Assembly: GCA_964580965.1 (NCBI GenBank)
Contig: CAZOLZ010000007.1
Span: forward strand, 34-64,033
Origin: an uncultured Flavobacteriales bacterium
Lineage (GTDB): Bacteria; Bacteroidota; Bacteroidia; Flavobacteriales_D; Crocinitomicaceae
Length of the DNA stretch: 64,000 nucleotides
Direction of reading: 5' to 3'
Made by a program: the position numbers and the translations under genes. The first letter of the stretch is position 1; each line of letters begins with the position of its first letter. Below, one piece after another: positions 28,064 through 38,034 of the stretch. The notes under the pieces were generated by a model. The model made no database searches and had not been told where the DNA came from. It worked only from the letters and a program-made list of their open reading frames with translations.

Positions 28064-31000
28064 TTAAAGATTACTTCGCATTTTCCATCTTCCAACTCTG
28101 TAAACCCATGCTTTGAATCTTGTTGTAAGTACGTAAAGAGAAGGAATTATGATCAACGTTAAAAAAGTAGCAAAAGTCAATCCATAAATAATTGTCCAAG
28201 ACATTGGTCCAAAAAATTTGTTATTATCACCTCCAATAAAAATATGCGGATCATATTCAGACAACAATGTAAAGAAATTAATGTTAAAACCAATCGCTAG
28301 AGGTATTAAGCCCAAAATCGTAGTAATTGCCGTTAATAATACCGGTCTTAACCTTGTTCTTCCTGCAGTTTCAACTGCAATTAAAACCTCTTCCATTGGT
28401 AATTGATCAAATTCACCTAATCCAAGTTCTTCTCTTCGTTGTATTCTCAATCCATTTGTATAATCAATCAATACAATCGCATTATTTACGACAACACCCG
28501 CCAATGAAATTACACCAATCATAGTCATCATAATCACGAAACTTTGACGAGAAATCAGTAACCCTAATAAAACTCCTATCAATGAAAGTAAAACGGTTAA
28601 CATAATTACACCTGGTGCAGAATATGAATTAAATTGAGCGACAATAATTAGTAAAATTAAGAATACAGCTATCACTAAAGCTTTACTTAAAAATGCCATT
28701 TCTTTTGCTTGCTCATCTTGTTGACCTGTAAACTTATAATTTACATTATCTGCAATCATTCCCTCTGTATTATACTCCAGAAGATTTTCTTTCAACTCTT
28801 TTACAACTTCATTCGGATTATATCCCTCTAATACGTTTGATATAATAGAAACAATTGGTACTTCATTCTTACGATTTACGGCTGAATATGAAATCTGTTC
28901 TGTCGGCTTTAGAATCACGGAACGAATTGGAATGTTAAGCAACTTCCCTTTATTGTTTCTAAAAATTAACTTTTGATCTAAAATCGCATCAAAATTTTCA
29001 CGATTATCTTTATCAAAACGTACAACAATATCGTATGATTCTTCATCCTTTGTATATGTAGTTATATCTTGACCTAACAAGGCTTTACGAATTGCCATAC
29101 CAACCATCATGGTAGAAGCATTTAGCTTTCTAACTTGATCTCTATCAACTTTAATCGGAATTTCTGGTCGATTTATGTCTACATCCAATTTTAATTTTTC
29201 AACTCCATTTACATTTCTACTTTCAAGGAAAACACGAATTTTATCCGCTTCTGTTATCAATGTTTTATAATCCCCTTTTCCTGAAACTTCAATATTGATT
29301 GGTGCACCTTGAGGTGGGCCTTGTTCATCCTTACTAGCAATAATATCAATATCGGCATTGAAACGTCCTTTGAAATGCGCTTGAATTTTCTTCATAATTT
29401 CGCTCGTTTCAATCCCGTGTCGGTATTGAGATTCAACAAAATTTACTGTTACCCTAGCTTTGTGAGGAGTATTTCCCATTTGAACGCCTCTTGAGGGATC
29501 ACTCGTTCCTTCTCCAACTTGAGAAATAATAGACTTAATAATTCTTCTATTCTCAGGTACTTTGGCCTTAATGTCCGCTTCCATATATGGTTGTAATACC
29601 TTGTTCAATTCAGACTCAACTTTAAGTGTTGTTTTATTGGTGAGCTTAATATCAGTACCTATAGGCTGTGTTATAAAAATATTGACATAATTTGGATCGT
29701 TTTCAGGAAAGAATAACACTTTTGGTGGAAATACAATCATTAAAACAAAACTTAGAATTAACAATCCAATCGTTCCAAATAAAAATTTTAGTGGACGTTT
29801 ACCTGAAATTGCAAAACGCAAGAAATTTCCATAAACGTTCTCTAAACGTGGTAATAATTTGTTTTGAAAAGCTTTAGTTCCTGGTGTAAAAACATATGAG
29901 TTGATGAGTGATAGTATCGCGATTGCAATAAATAAGTTTCCGAACGTAATTTGATCTACTAATGTCAACACAATTCCAATTCCTGCAAAAATTGCAATAC
30001 GTTTGATTGTTCTACTTTTATGCCTTTCAGACTCTTCAATTTTCATGTATGCAACCGCTAAAACGGGATTGATTACTAATGCAACAAATAATGAGGAAGA
30101 AAGAACTATAATTAAAGTTATTGGTAAATACTTCATGAACTCACCCATAATTCCTGGCCACATTGCTAATGGGATAAATGCAGCTACTGTCGTACAAGTA
30201 GAGGCAATAATTGGCCAAGCCACCTCTCCTACACCTTTTTTAACTGCCAGGAAACTTGTTTCACCCTCATCCATTAAACGGTAAATATTTTCAACTATTA
30301 CAATTCCATTGTCTACTAACATACCTAATGCTAAAACCAGTGAGAACAGTACCATTACATTTAATGTAACTCCCATTGATTGGAGAATCAAGAAAGACAT
30401 CAACATGGATAAAGGAATTGCAATACCAACAAATAATGCGTTTCTCAAACCTAAGAAGAATAATAAAACCCCTACAACTAAAATAATCCCAAAAATGATA
30501 GAGTTTTCGAGATTTGATACCATATCTCTTGTGTTGTATGATTGGTCATTTGTTTTTGAAATTGAAATTGATCGCGAAATTGTACCATCTTCTTTGGCTT
30601 CTTTCAAAATCTCCTCAATTTTATCAGCAGCATCTAACAAGTTTTTACCCGCTTGTTTTTTAATGTCTAACATGACTACAGGTTTTCCAAACTCACGAGC
30701 ATATGATGTTGTATCAGCGTTACCAAAATAAACCTCTGCTACATCTTCTAGATGAACAGGCATCGACTCATCTTGCTTGACTGTAATTTTTTTAAGCGCT
30801 TCTGCATCTTCAAATTCTCCTTCAATTCGAACAGTTTTTTGAATACCATCCATTAAAATTTCACCACCAGGAATTGTTTGATGCTCTGCTGAAACTGCGT
30901 TTTGAATATCATCCAAACTAACATTAACCGCTTGTGATTTAATTGGATCAACTTCAATACGCATTTCTTGTTCTTGAATACCACGAATATCAACTTCATT

Positions 31001-31531
31001 AATTTCTTCCAATAATTCAAAACGTTTCTCTAATTCTTCAGCAGTTTCTTTTAATAAAACTGGATCTGAGCCTCGTAAGTTGATATTCATTATAGGCATT
31101 TTCGAAGGGTCTACTTCAAAAATATTCGGTTCTACCGATAATTGAGGGAAATCTGTCTTAGCTCGAGCTTTGTCAACTGCATCCTTTACTTTTTGTAATG
31201 CTTGATCTACAGAAACATCAAAATTAAATTTCACTCGAGTAGTTGAATAGCCATGAATAGAATTTGAGTTTATTTCATCTACATTTTTAACACTATTCAA
31301 CTCTTTTTCAATTGCTTGAGTTATTTTCTCCGCCATATAATCTGGAGAAGAACCTGGTTTAGCAATTCCTACATAAATTTCAGGAATTTGAATTTCAGGA
31401 AAGTTTTCCTTTGGCATGGTTTGATAAGCTATCAACCCTCCAATCAAAATGATTAAAGAAATCAAGTAAACCGTCTTACGATTTGTAATCGATAAGTTGG
31501 TTAAACCAAAACTTTTAAATTTTTTTTCCAT
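28064..31531 (-). CDS. RND efflux permease (AcrB/HAE1-like), unusually long at 1155 aa
   Basis: Characteristic 12-TM/2-large-loop layout, GMLVDNGIVIVENI in TM4, VVNNAIVLIDY in TM10. Confidence 0.92.
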   Translation of the reverse strand: MEKKFKSFGLTNLSITNRKTVYLISLIILIGGLIAYQTMPKENFPEIQIPEIYVGIAKPGSSPDYMAEKITQAIEKELNSVKNVDEINSNSIHGYSTTRVKFNFDVSVDQALQKVKDAVDKARAKTDFPQLSVEPNIFEVDPSKMPIMNINLRGSDPVLLKETAEELEKRFELLEEINEVDIRGIQEQEMRIEVDPIKSQAVNVSLDDIQNAVSAEHQTIPGGEILMDGIQKTVRIEGEFEDAEALKKITVKQDESMPVHLEDVAEVYFGNADTTSYAREFGKPVVMLDIKKQAGKNLLDAADKIEEILKEAKEDGTISRSISISKTNDQSYNTRDMVSNLENSIIFGIILVVGVLLFFLGLRNALFVGIAIPLSMLMSFLILQSMGVTLNVMVLFSLVLALGMLVDNGIVIVENIYRLMDEGETSFLAVKKGVGEVAWPIIASTCTTVAAFIPLAMWPGIMGEFMKYLPITLIIVLSSSLFVALVINPVLAVAYMKIEESERHKSRTIKRIAIFAGIGIVLTLVDQITFGNLFIAIAILSLINSYVFTPGTKAFQNKLLPRLENVYGNFLRFAISGKRPLKFLFGTIGLLILSFVLMIVFPPKVLFFPENDPNYVNIFITQPIGTDIKLTNKTTLKVESELNKVLQPYMEADIKAKVPENRRIIKSIISQVGEGTSDPSRGVQMGNTPHKARVTVNFVESQYRHGIETSEIMKKIQAHFKGRFNADIDIIASKDEQGPPQGAPINIEVSGKGDYKTLITEADKIRVFLESRNVNGVEKLKLDVDINRPEIPIKVDRDQVRKLNASTMMVGMAIRKALLGQDITTYTKDEESYDIVVRFDKDNRENFDAILDQKLIFRNNKGKLLNIPIRSVILKPTEQISYSAVNRKNEVPIVSIISNVLEGYNPNEVVKELKENLLEYNTEGMIADNVNYKFTGQQDEQAKEMAFLSKALVIAVFLILLIIVAQFNSYSAPGVIMLTVLLSLIGVLLGLLISRQSFVIMMTMIGVISLAGVVVNNAIVLIDYTNGLRIQRREELGLGEFDQLPMEEVLIAVETAGRTRLRPVLLTAITTILGLIPLAIGFNINFFTLLSEYDPHIFIGGDNNKFFGPMSWTIIYGLTFATFLTLIIIPSLYVLTTRFKAWVYRVGRWKMRSNL

Positions 31532-31566
31532 TAGAATAGAATTTCTTCAGTTTATAATTTTTATAA

Positions 31567-32700
31567 TTAGTTAATTCTAACAATGTCAGATTCTGAGATT
31601 CCTTTGATTCCCTCAACGACAACTTGAGAACCGATATTCACTTTACCTTTAAATTCTACCATGGATTCACCGTTGAACTTTTCCAATTCACTTACAAATA
31701 CTTTTTTCAATTTGTATTCATTATTTTTTATTTTGGAAGCGATAAATATATAATCATTATTGTTGTAATCTTTTAGTATACTAACTGAAGGAATTACTAA
31801 TGCTTTTTCAATATCAGTATCGATTACATTAACTTCAGCTAACATATTTGGAACAAAAACACTGTTATTGTTTAATTTTGCTGTAATTCGAAATGTTCTA
31901 TTTGTAGGGTTAATGTACTTAGAAACGCTAGCAACATTTAAATTTACAGTTGTGTCTTTATAATTTGGGAATGAAACTTCAATCGTTGAACCAACTTTGA
32001 TTTTTTTAAGATGCTTTTCAGAAATATCAGCTGAAACAGTCATTTCATTGGTGTTCACAATGCGTAAAACCATGGATTGCGGACTAGCCATTTGACCTTC
32101 TTTTGCAAAGATTTGATCAATAACACCTGAGAAAGGGGCTGTAATAGTTGCTTTACTTCTCTGTAATTCTAATGATGCTAATTTTGATTTTAAACTGTTA
32201 ACTTGGTTTTGTGCACCTTTTAAATCAAATTCTGAACCAACCCCTCTTTCTTTCAATGCTGCTTGTTTTTCCAACAAGTATTCCGCATAGTCCAGTTGAG
32301 TTTGTAATTCTTTAATTGAAGCAGTCATCATTTCAGCATCTAAACTAACTAAAGTTTGGCCTGCTTGAACTCTGTCTCCTTCTTCTACATGAATTTTTGA
32401 AACTAACCCTCCAAACTCTGAGTTTAAAAGAGCATCTTGAGCAGTCTCAACATTTCCTTGAACTTTAATTTTATGAATGAACTTTTTTTCCGTTAACTTA
32501 GCTAAACCAACTAAAGGTAAAATTAAATCTTTCTTTTCTTTGGATTGGAGTTCGTTGATTTGATCTTGAATCTCAGCTAACTCTGTTCTAAGTTTAGCTT
32601 TCTTTTTTAATAAGACATTCAATTTTGATTCTTCTGAACAACTTACTAAAACCATTACTGAACCAGCAACGATTAATCCAACGATTCTTTTTATAGTCAT
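31567..32700 (-). CDS. RND efflux periplasmic adaptor (membrane fusion protein), lipoprotein
   Basis: Lipobox VLVSCSE, coiled-coil hairpin, lipoyl-like VEEGDRVQAGQTLVSLD. Confidence 0.88.
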   Translation of the reverse strand: MTIKRIVGLIVAGSVMVLVSCSEESKLNVLLKKKAKLRTELAEIQDQINELQSKEKKDLILPLVGLAKLTEKKFIHKIKVQGNVETAQDALLNSEFGGLVSKIHVEEGDRVQAGQTLVSLDAEMMTASIKELQTQLDYAEYLLEKQAALKERGVGSEFDLKGAQNQVNSLKSKLASLELQRSKATITAPFSGVIDQIFAKEGQMASPQSMVLRIVNTNEMTVSADISEKHLKKIKVGSTIEVSFPNYKDTTVNLNVASVSKYINPTNRTFRITAKLNNNSVFVPNMLAEVNVIDTDIEKALVIPSVSILKDYNNNDYIFIASKIKNNEYKLKKVFVSELEKFNGESMVEFKGKVNIGSQVVVEGIKGISESDIVRIN

Positions 32701-32730
32701 ACTTTATTTGTTTGAAATATTATTATCTGT

Positions 32731-34059
32731 TTAATTAATGTTATTATGTATTTTTTCTAATTGCAATTGAGCATTTAAGTACTGTAATAAGGCGTTAATA
32801 TACTGTGCTTGAGATTGAATCAATTGATTGTATTTTTGAGAAACATCTATACTATTGATTTTCCCAATTTGTTCTTTGATAATAGCATTTTCATAAATCT
32901 TTTTAGCTAATACAATGTTCTGACTTTGAAGGTCTAATTGTTTTTTAGAACTTGATAAATTATTTTTTGCTTGTTGCTCCTGAAATGTTAACGATTGTTG
33001 TAACTCATGAATTGAATTTTCATTTTTGACAACCTCTAATCGGGCTTGATTCACTTGAGATTTACTTCTACCACTCGAATAAATTGGGACACTTAATTGT
33101 AGCCCCCAAAAAGTTTGTGAATACCAATCTCCTTTACTTAAGAAATTGAACTCATTTCGATATGCGTTATAACCATGTTGAACAACTGCGCTCAAACTTG
33201 GTAAACTCAAATATTTTTTTTCTTTCAGTGCATATTGATTTAATTCTTTTTGTTCATTCAATAATTGATAAGTCAGATTGTTTTCAATTGAAAATGAAGA
33301 AGTTGAAGTATGATTTAATAACATCAATGATTCCACTGATTCAGTTGCCTCTAAAGATTGATTTTGAGGGAACCCCATTGCTAATTTTAATAATGCTTTA
33401 GCATTATCAACTTGTAATTGAGCAGCAGTTTGGTTGGTTATTGCAGTAGATAATGCAAATTCCAATTGATCCATATCCTCTTGCGTCATCAATCCTAATT
33501 CCAAATAATTACGTTGTTTTTCTACCAATGAATTAGTAATCAAAACAATTGAATCGATAAAGTTTAAATTAGCTTTAGCAGTAACAACAGTATTGTAGGC
33601 TTGAATTACATCAAAAATAACATCTTCTTTTGTCTTTTGAATTGAAGTTTCTCTAAATTGAGTATAAAATTTAGAAACTTGAAGTCCTACAATATAAGAG
33701 CCATTGAAAATTAATTGTGTTGCTTGGATATTTCCTGACATATTAAAATCAGTACCCGCTTTAAATGCAATTAAATCATTTGGATCAGCATTTGGGTTCA
33801 TAAAATTTGCAGACACTACTTGAACAGGAAGATTAATAAAATTATTAAACCCTCCACTTCCATTTATCTGAGGTAAACCTATTGCACGTGTATCCTTTAC
33901 TTTTTCGTTTGCTATATCCAAATCTAGGATTGCATTTTTTATTTTATCACTATTTTCTAGAGCGTAGGCTTTAGCATCTAGAAGTGAAAAAGAGTTTGAT
34001 TGAGCAAATGGTGTCATCCAAATACTCAACAAGCTCAGAGAGATTATCAATTTTCTCAT
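32731..34059 (-). CDS. TolC-family outer-membrane efflux protein
   Basis: Signal peptide and two repeated alpha/beta halves with the long coiled helices typical of OEP proteins. Confidence 0.85.
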   Translation of the reverse strand: MRKLIISLSLLSIWMTPFAQSNSFSLLDAKAYALENSDKIKNAILDLDIANEKVKDTRAIGLPQINGSGGFNNFINLPVQVVSANFMNPNADPNDLIAFKAGTDFNMSGNIQATQLIFNGSYIVGLQVSKFYTQFRETSIQKTKEDVIFDVIQAYNTVVTAKANLNFIDSIVLITNSLVEKQRNYLELGLMTQEDMDQLEFALSTAITNQTAAQLQVDNAKALLKLAMGFPQNQSLEATESVESLMLLNHTSTSSFSIENNLTYQLLNEQKELNQYALKEKKYLSLPSLSAVVQHGYNAYRNEFNFLSKGDWYSQTFWGLQLSVPIYSSGRSKSQVNQARLEVVKNENSIHELQQSLTFQEQQAKNNLSSSKKQLDLQSQNIVLAKKIYENAIIKEQIGKINSIDVSQKYNQLIQSQAQYINALLQYLNAQLQLEKIHNNIN

Positions 34060-34673
34060 TATTGATTATTTTTGTTATAGTTCAACATTAAATATTTAAG
34101 CCCCTTCTCATTTGCCATTCCATGAATTTGAAAACGGAACATTTCTTCAAATACTTGCTCATATTTGAATTCATCTATTGGAAATGAATTACCATTAAAA
34201 ACAACATCCATCATAGAAACATTAATTCTAGAGATAATATCTGGATTTAAATCCTCTCTGTATAACCCTTCATTTACTCCTCTATGAATGTTTTCAAGAA
34301 TTAATTTATAGACAAATTCCCAACGATGTTTATGCATTATATCCCATGCTTTCGGATGATACTTTTTCAAATCGTAAAAAACAGAGGGGTTCAATGATGA
34401 AATTTTAGAAACTATCATTTTACTTACAGCAAACATTTCATCAATTGCATTTCCAGATTCACTACTTGCTAGTTTACACTCATCCTTATCTTGCTCTGTT
34501 TTTGCTAAAATAATTTCTGTAACTAATGCGTTTTTATCCTTGAAATACTGGTAAATCGTTTTTTTAGAAATTCCTAATTCTCCTGCAACATCATCCATTG
34601 TAACACTTTTTACGCCATAACGCATAAAAATTGCTGATGCTTTTGAAATAATTTCTAACTTTTTTTGATCCAT
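34059..34673 (-). CDS. TetR/AcrR-family transcriptional regulator, first gene of the efflux operon
   Basis: HTH MDDVAGELGISKKTIYQYFKDKNAL. The stop overlaps the tolC start (TAATG). Confidence 0.9.
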   Translation of the reverse strand: MDQKKLEIISKASAIFMRYGVKSVTMDDVAGELGISKKTIYQYFKDKNALVTEIILAKTEQDKDECKLASSESGNAIDEMFAVSKMIVSKISSLNPSVFYDLKKYHPKAWDIMHKHRWEFVYKLILENIHRGVNEGLYREDLNPDIISRINVSMMDVVFNGNSFPIDEFKYEQVFEEMFRFQIHGMANEKGLKYLMLNYNKNNQ

Positions 34674-34678
34674 GGAGG

Positions 34679-34686
34679 CAAAATTA
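34679..34686 (-). promoter_or_regulatory. -7 box TAATTTTG 5 nt upstream of the tetR ATG
   Basis: Reverse complement of caaaatta. Confidence 0.4.
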
Positions 34687-34703
34687 AATATAATTCATAC
34701 ACT

Positions 34704-34738
34704 GGAAACTTTTTTTGTTGCAAAAGTTTCCGAAACTT
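34704..34738. promoter_or_regulatory. Operator-like array of three GAAACTT half-sites
   Basis: GGAAACTTTT (34704-34713) and AAAAGTTTCC (34722-34731) form a 10-bp-arm inverted repeat. AAGTTTC-c-GAAACTT (34724-34738) is a second, overlapping perfect palindrome. Confidence 0.5.
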
Positions 34739-34753
34739 GATTTTAAAAACTAA

Positions 34754-34776
34754 AAATTATTGATAATCAATAATTT
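34754..34776. promoter_or_regulatory. 23-bp perfect palindrome AAATTATTGAT-A-ATCAATAATTT
   Basis: 11-bp arms, verified base by base, in the tetR / TPR-gene divergent spacer. Confidence 0.45.
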
Positions 34777-34820
34777 ATTATTATATTTTTTGATTTTTTA
34801 ACAATTATATCATCTGCAAT

Positions 34821-34838
34821 TTTTATGATTTTTATGAT
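34821..34838. repeat. Tandem direct repeat TTTTATGAT x2
   Basis: Two exact adjacent 9-mers. Confidence 0.6.
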
Positions 34839-34913
34839 TCATCTTTATTATGAACTAACAATTTTGCGTTTAAAACTTTTATTGTTAGAGACAAAAACTG
34901 TAAGGATGTAGTT

Positions 34914-34921
34914 TAATTTTG
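34914..34921 (+). promoter_or_regulatory. -7 box TAATTTTG, candidate promoter of the TPR/barrel/pirin operon
   Basis: Exact TAnnTTTG, 23 nt upstream of the ATG at 34945. Confidence 0.55.
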
Positions 34922-34944
34922 TTTGATTGAACAAATTACAAACT

Positions 34945-37900
34945 ATGCGTTTTTATCTGGTCTTAATTTTTGTTGCTTTTCAAATGCTTTTATTTGCTCA
35001 AACAAGTGAAAAGTACTCAAGTAAATATGCTCCTTTTTTCAGGGCAGAAAAATTATTCGAAAAACATCAATATGGTGCCGCTCGAACTGAATTTAGAACC
35101 TTTATTTCAGATTTTAAAAACCCTCATGATCCATTGTATGAAAAGGCAATGTATTATGAAGCGCTTTCAGCACTTGAGTTATTCAACAATGACGCTGTAA
35201 ATTTGATGGAAGATTTTAATCGAAATTACCCAGAAAGTATCTATAAAAATGCTATTTACTTTAGATTAGGTCAGTATTATTACCAAAATAAAAAATTTAA
35301 TAATGCAATTGAATGGTTCAAAAAGCTAAAAAAAACAGATTTAGAAAAAGATGAACTGTCAGAATATTACTTTAAACTTGGGCATTCTAATTTCCAAACA
35401 GGAGCCTACAAAGAAGCACGAAATGCTTTTTACGAAATAAAAGAAGATTCATCTCAATATGGTGCACCTGCTTTGTACTATTTCTCTCATATTAATTATC
35501 AAAATAAATCATATCAAGTTGCTTTAGATGGGTTTATGCAATTAAAAGATAACCCACAGTTTTCAAAGCTCACACCGTATTACATTCTCCAAATTTACCA
35601 CTCCCAAGGTAGGTATCAAGATGTAATTGATTATTCTCCCAATGTAGTAGACTCGCTTGATTTAGTAAACATCAAAGACATAAACCACATTATAGGAGAT
35701 GCTTATTACCAGTTAAATCTTTTTGAGAAAGCAATACCACATTTAAAAGTTTATAATGATAAAACCCATACAACTCGTAAAGAAGATTACGAGTTAGGAT
35801 TTGCTTATTACAAATCTGGACAATTCGATCAAGCAGTAAAAATATTTGATCATTTATTACACAATATTAGTGATACGATCTGTCAATTGTCTTATTATCA
35901 CATTGGTAAATCATACCTTGAAAGGGGCAACTTATCTGCTGCTAGAAGAGCGTTTCAAGGAGCCTCAAAAATAGATATGGATGCTGTAGTTAAAGAAGAT
36001 GCTTTATATCGTTATGCCATTTTATCATATAAGTTGGATATGAATCCCTTTGATGAATCAATTGAAGCTTTCCAGTTTTATTTGTCTCATTATCCAAATT
36101 CTAAAAGAAAAGAGGATGTAACTCAATACTTAGTTGATGTTTACACGAAAACAAACAACTATGAAAAAGCGCTTTCTTCTTTAGATAAAATACCTAATAA
36201 AACAACTAAATTAAAAGTAGCCTATCAAATTGTAGCCTACAACAGGGGAGTAGAATTATATCAAAAAGTAAAGTATTTTGACGCAATTAATTCTTTTAAA
36301 TTAGTTGAAAAATATCCGATTGATGCAAGTATAATTGGAAAAGCAAAGTTTTGGTCTTCAGATGCTTATTACCGTTTAAAGGACTTTCCTACAGCTATTA
36401 AAGGATATCGCCAATACATTAATTTACCTGCTATTGCTAATCCAGAAATGAAAGCAGAAGCATACTACAATATAGGTTATGCTTTTTATGAAAATCACGA
36501 TACATTATTAGGAATAGAAGCATTCAGAATTTTTACTCAACAATTACACATTGGGAATCAAAAAAAATTGGCGGATGCTTGTATGAGAATTGCTGATGGA
36601 TGTTATTCTACTCGTCAAAATGAACTAGCAATAAGGTATTACAAACAAGTATTAGAAATTAATAAAGGGTATGAAGATCAAGCTTTATTTTACATTGCTA
36701 AGACTTATGGGTTTAACAACAACATAGAAAATAAAATAACATTCTTACAACGCTTAGTCAATGATTATCCTACATCAAAGTATGCGCTTTCATCGATTGA
36801 AGAATTAGCTGGAACATTCAAAAGCCAAGAGCAATATGGCAAAGCGAAACAATATTTTGATATCATCATTACAGATTATCCAACAAGTTCTTTGGTTAGA
36901 ATGGCACGAATAGAAAATGCAGATATCTTATTCAAACAACAAAAATATGATGAATCTGAAATCGCATATCTTAAAATATTATCAGAATTTGGGGATGAAG
37001 ATCGAGAAATCTGTGAGGTCGCTGCTAAAGGGTTAATTGGAATTTATAAAGCTCAAATACTTCCAGAAAAAGCAGTTCAAGTTGGAGAAAAGTATGCTTG
37101 CGCTGGATTAACAAAAGGTCAACAAGAAGAAATTTTTTATGCTCCCGCTAAAGTATCTTACAACGATACATTAAAACCATTAGCTGAAACAATAGCTCTA
37201 TTCAATAAATATTTGGATAAATACCCGAATGGGTTATACGCTTCAGAATGTAAAAACTATATTGCTGATTGCTACTTTAGGATGAATAGTATGCCTGAAG
37301 CAATTACTATTTACAGAGAATTGTTAGAAGGTCCAAATAATCGCTTTACAGAAGAGGCTGCTATTCGAGTATCAAAATACTTATATAATAATGATCAACG
37401 TGATGAAGCTATTCCATATTATCTAAGATTAGAGCAAATTAGTTCTTCTCCTAATGTCATTTATAATTCAAGGTTAAACTTAATGCGTAGTTATTTCATT
37501 ACGGAAAATTGGGAAGAGGCCGCTAACTACGCAAATGTTGTTTTAAATGAAAGTCAATTAAGTTCCGCTTTAAAATTGGAAGCAGAATATGCTAGTGGAT
37601 ATTCTTTTTACCAATTGAATCAATTTGACCGCGCTAGACCAGCATTAACATGGTTAGTCAATAATACTACTACTGCAACTGGTGCCGAAGCAAAATTTAT
37701 ATTGGCATCAATGCTTTATGAAGAACAGAAATACGATGTTGCCAATGCTGAAGTACAAGCATTAATTCGAATGAAACCAAGCTATAACTATTGGGTTGCA
37801 AGAGGTCTATTGTTACAATCTAATATACAGATTGGGTTAGAAGATTTATTCCAAGCGGAAGAGACGTTAAATTCAATCATCGAACATTATCCAAATGCAA

Positions 37901-38034
37901 CAGATGGTATAATTGATGAAGCAAAAATTGCGTTAGAAGCCTTAAAACAAGAAAAAAATATTGAAAAAGAAATTGAAGTTGATACCATTCCGGTAATTGA
38001 GTTAAACGAAAATGAAGGAATCGATGAAGAATAA
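34945..38034 (+). CDS. Large secreted tetratricopeptide-repeat protein
   Basis: Start moved from the track's TTG (34927) to the ATG giving signal peptide MRFYLVLIFVAFQMLLFAQ. Has many 34-aa TPR-like units (A..YY.LG..Y....Y..A) and an acidic C-terminus. Confidence 0.8.
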   Translation: MRFYLVLIFVAFQMLLFAQTSEKYSSKYAPFFRAEKLFEKHQYGAARTEFRTFISDFKNPHDPLYEKAMYYEALSALELFNNDAVNLMEDFNRNYPESIYKNAIYFRLGQYYYQNKKFNNAIEWFKKLKKTDLEKDELSEYYFKLGHSNFQTGAYKEARNAFYEIKEDSSQYGAPALYYFSHINYQNKSYQVALDGFMQLKDNPQFSKLTPYYILQIYHSQGRYQDVIDYSPNVVDSLDLVNIKDINHIIGDAYYQLNLFEKAIPHLKVYNDKTHTTRKEDYELGFAYYKSGQFDQAVKIFDHLLHNISDTICQLSYYHIGKSYLERGNLSAARRAFQGASKIDMDAVVKEDALYRYAILSYKLDMNPFDESIEAFQFYLSHYPNSKRKEDVTQYLVDVYTKTNNYEKALSSLDKIPNKTTKLKVAYQIVAYNRGVELYQKVKYFDAINSFKLVEKYPIDASIIGKAKFWSSDAYYRLKDFPTAIKGYRQYINLPAIANPEMKAEAYYNIGYAFYENHDTLLGIEAFRIFTQQLHIGNQKKLADACMRIADGCYSTRQNELAIRYYKQVLEINKGYEDQALFYIAKTYGFNNNIENKITFLQRLVNDYPTSKYALSSIEELAGTFKSQEQYGKAKQYFDIIITDYPTSSLVRMARIENADILFKQQKYDESEIAYLKILSEFGDEDREICEVAAKGLIGIYKAQILPEKAVQVGEKYACAGLTKGQQEEIFYAPAKVSYNDTLKPLAETIALFNKYLDKYPNGLYASECKNYIADCYFRMNSMPEAITIYRELLEGPNNRFTEEAAIRVSKYLYNNDQRDEAIPYYLRLEQISSSPNVIYNSRLNLMRSYFITENWEEAANYANVVLNESQLSSALKLEAEYASGYSFYQLNQFDRARPALTWLVNNTTTATGAEAKFILASMLYEEQKYDVANAEVQALIRMKPSYNYWVARGLLLQSNIQIGLEDLFQAEETLNSIIEHYPNATDGIIDEAKIALEALKQEKNIEKEIEVDTIPVIELNENEGIDEE

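Noticed and set aside
30309-30731. 140-aa + strand ORF (and neighbours 30003..30284, 29692..29877, 29309..29494, 28218..28406, 28327..28524) inside the RND permease gene
   Set aside because: These are antisense shadow ORFs within a confidently identified 1155-aa gene. They have no motifs, and such ORFs are typical of AT-rich DNA.
34821-34838. Tandem 9-mer considered as a CRISPR or mini-satellite seed
   Set aside because: There are only two copies, with no spacers and no cas genes in the window. It is kept only as a trivial repeat.
34927-34944. TTG-initiated 6-codon extension of the TPR gene
   Set aside because: The -7 box at 34914-34921 places the likely transcription start at or after 34927. 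The ATG at 34945 gives a canonical signal peptide.
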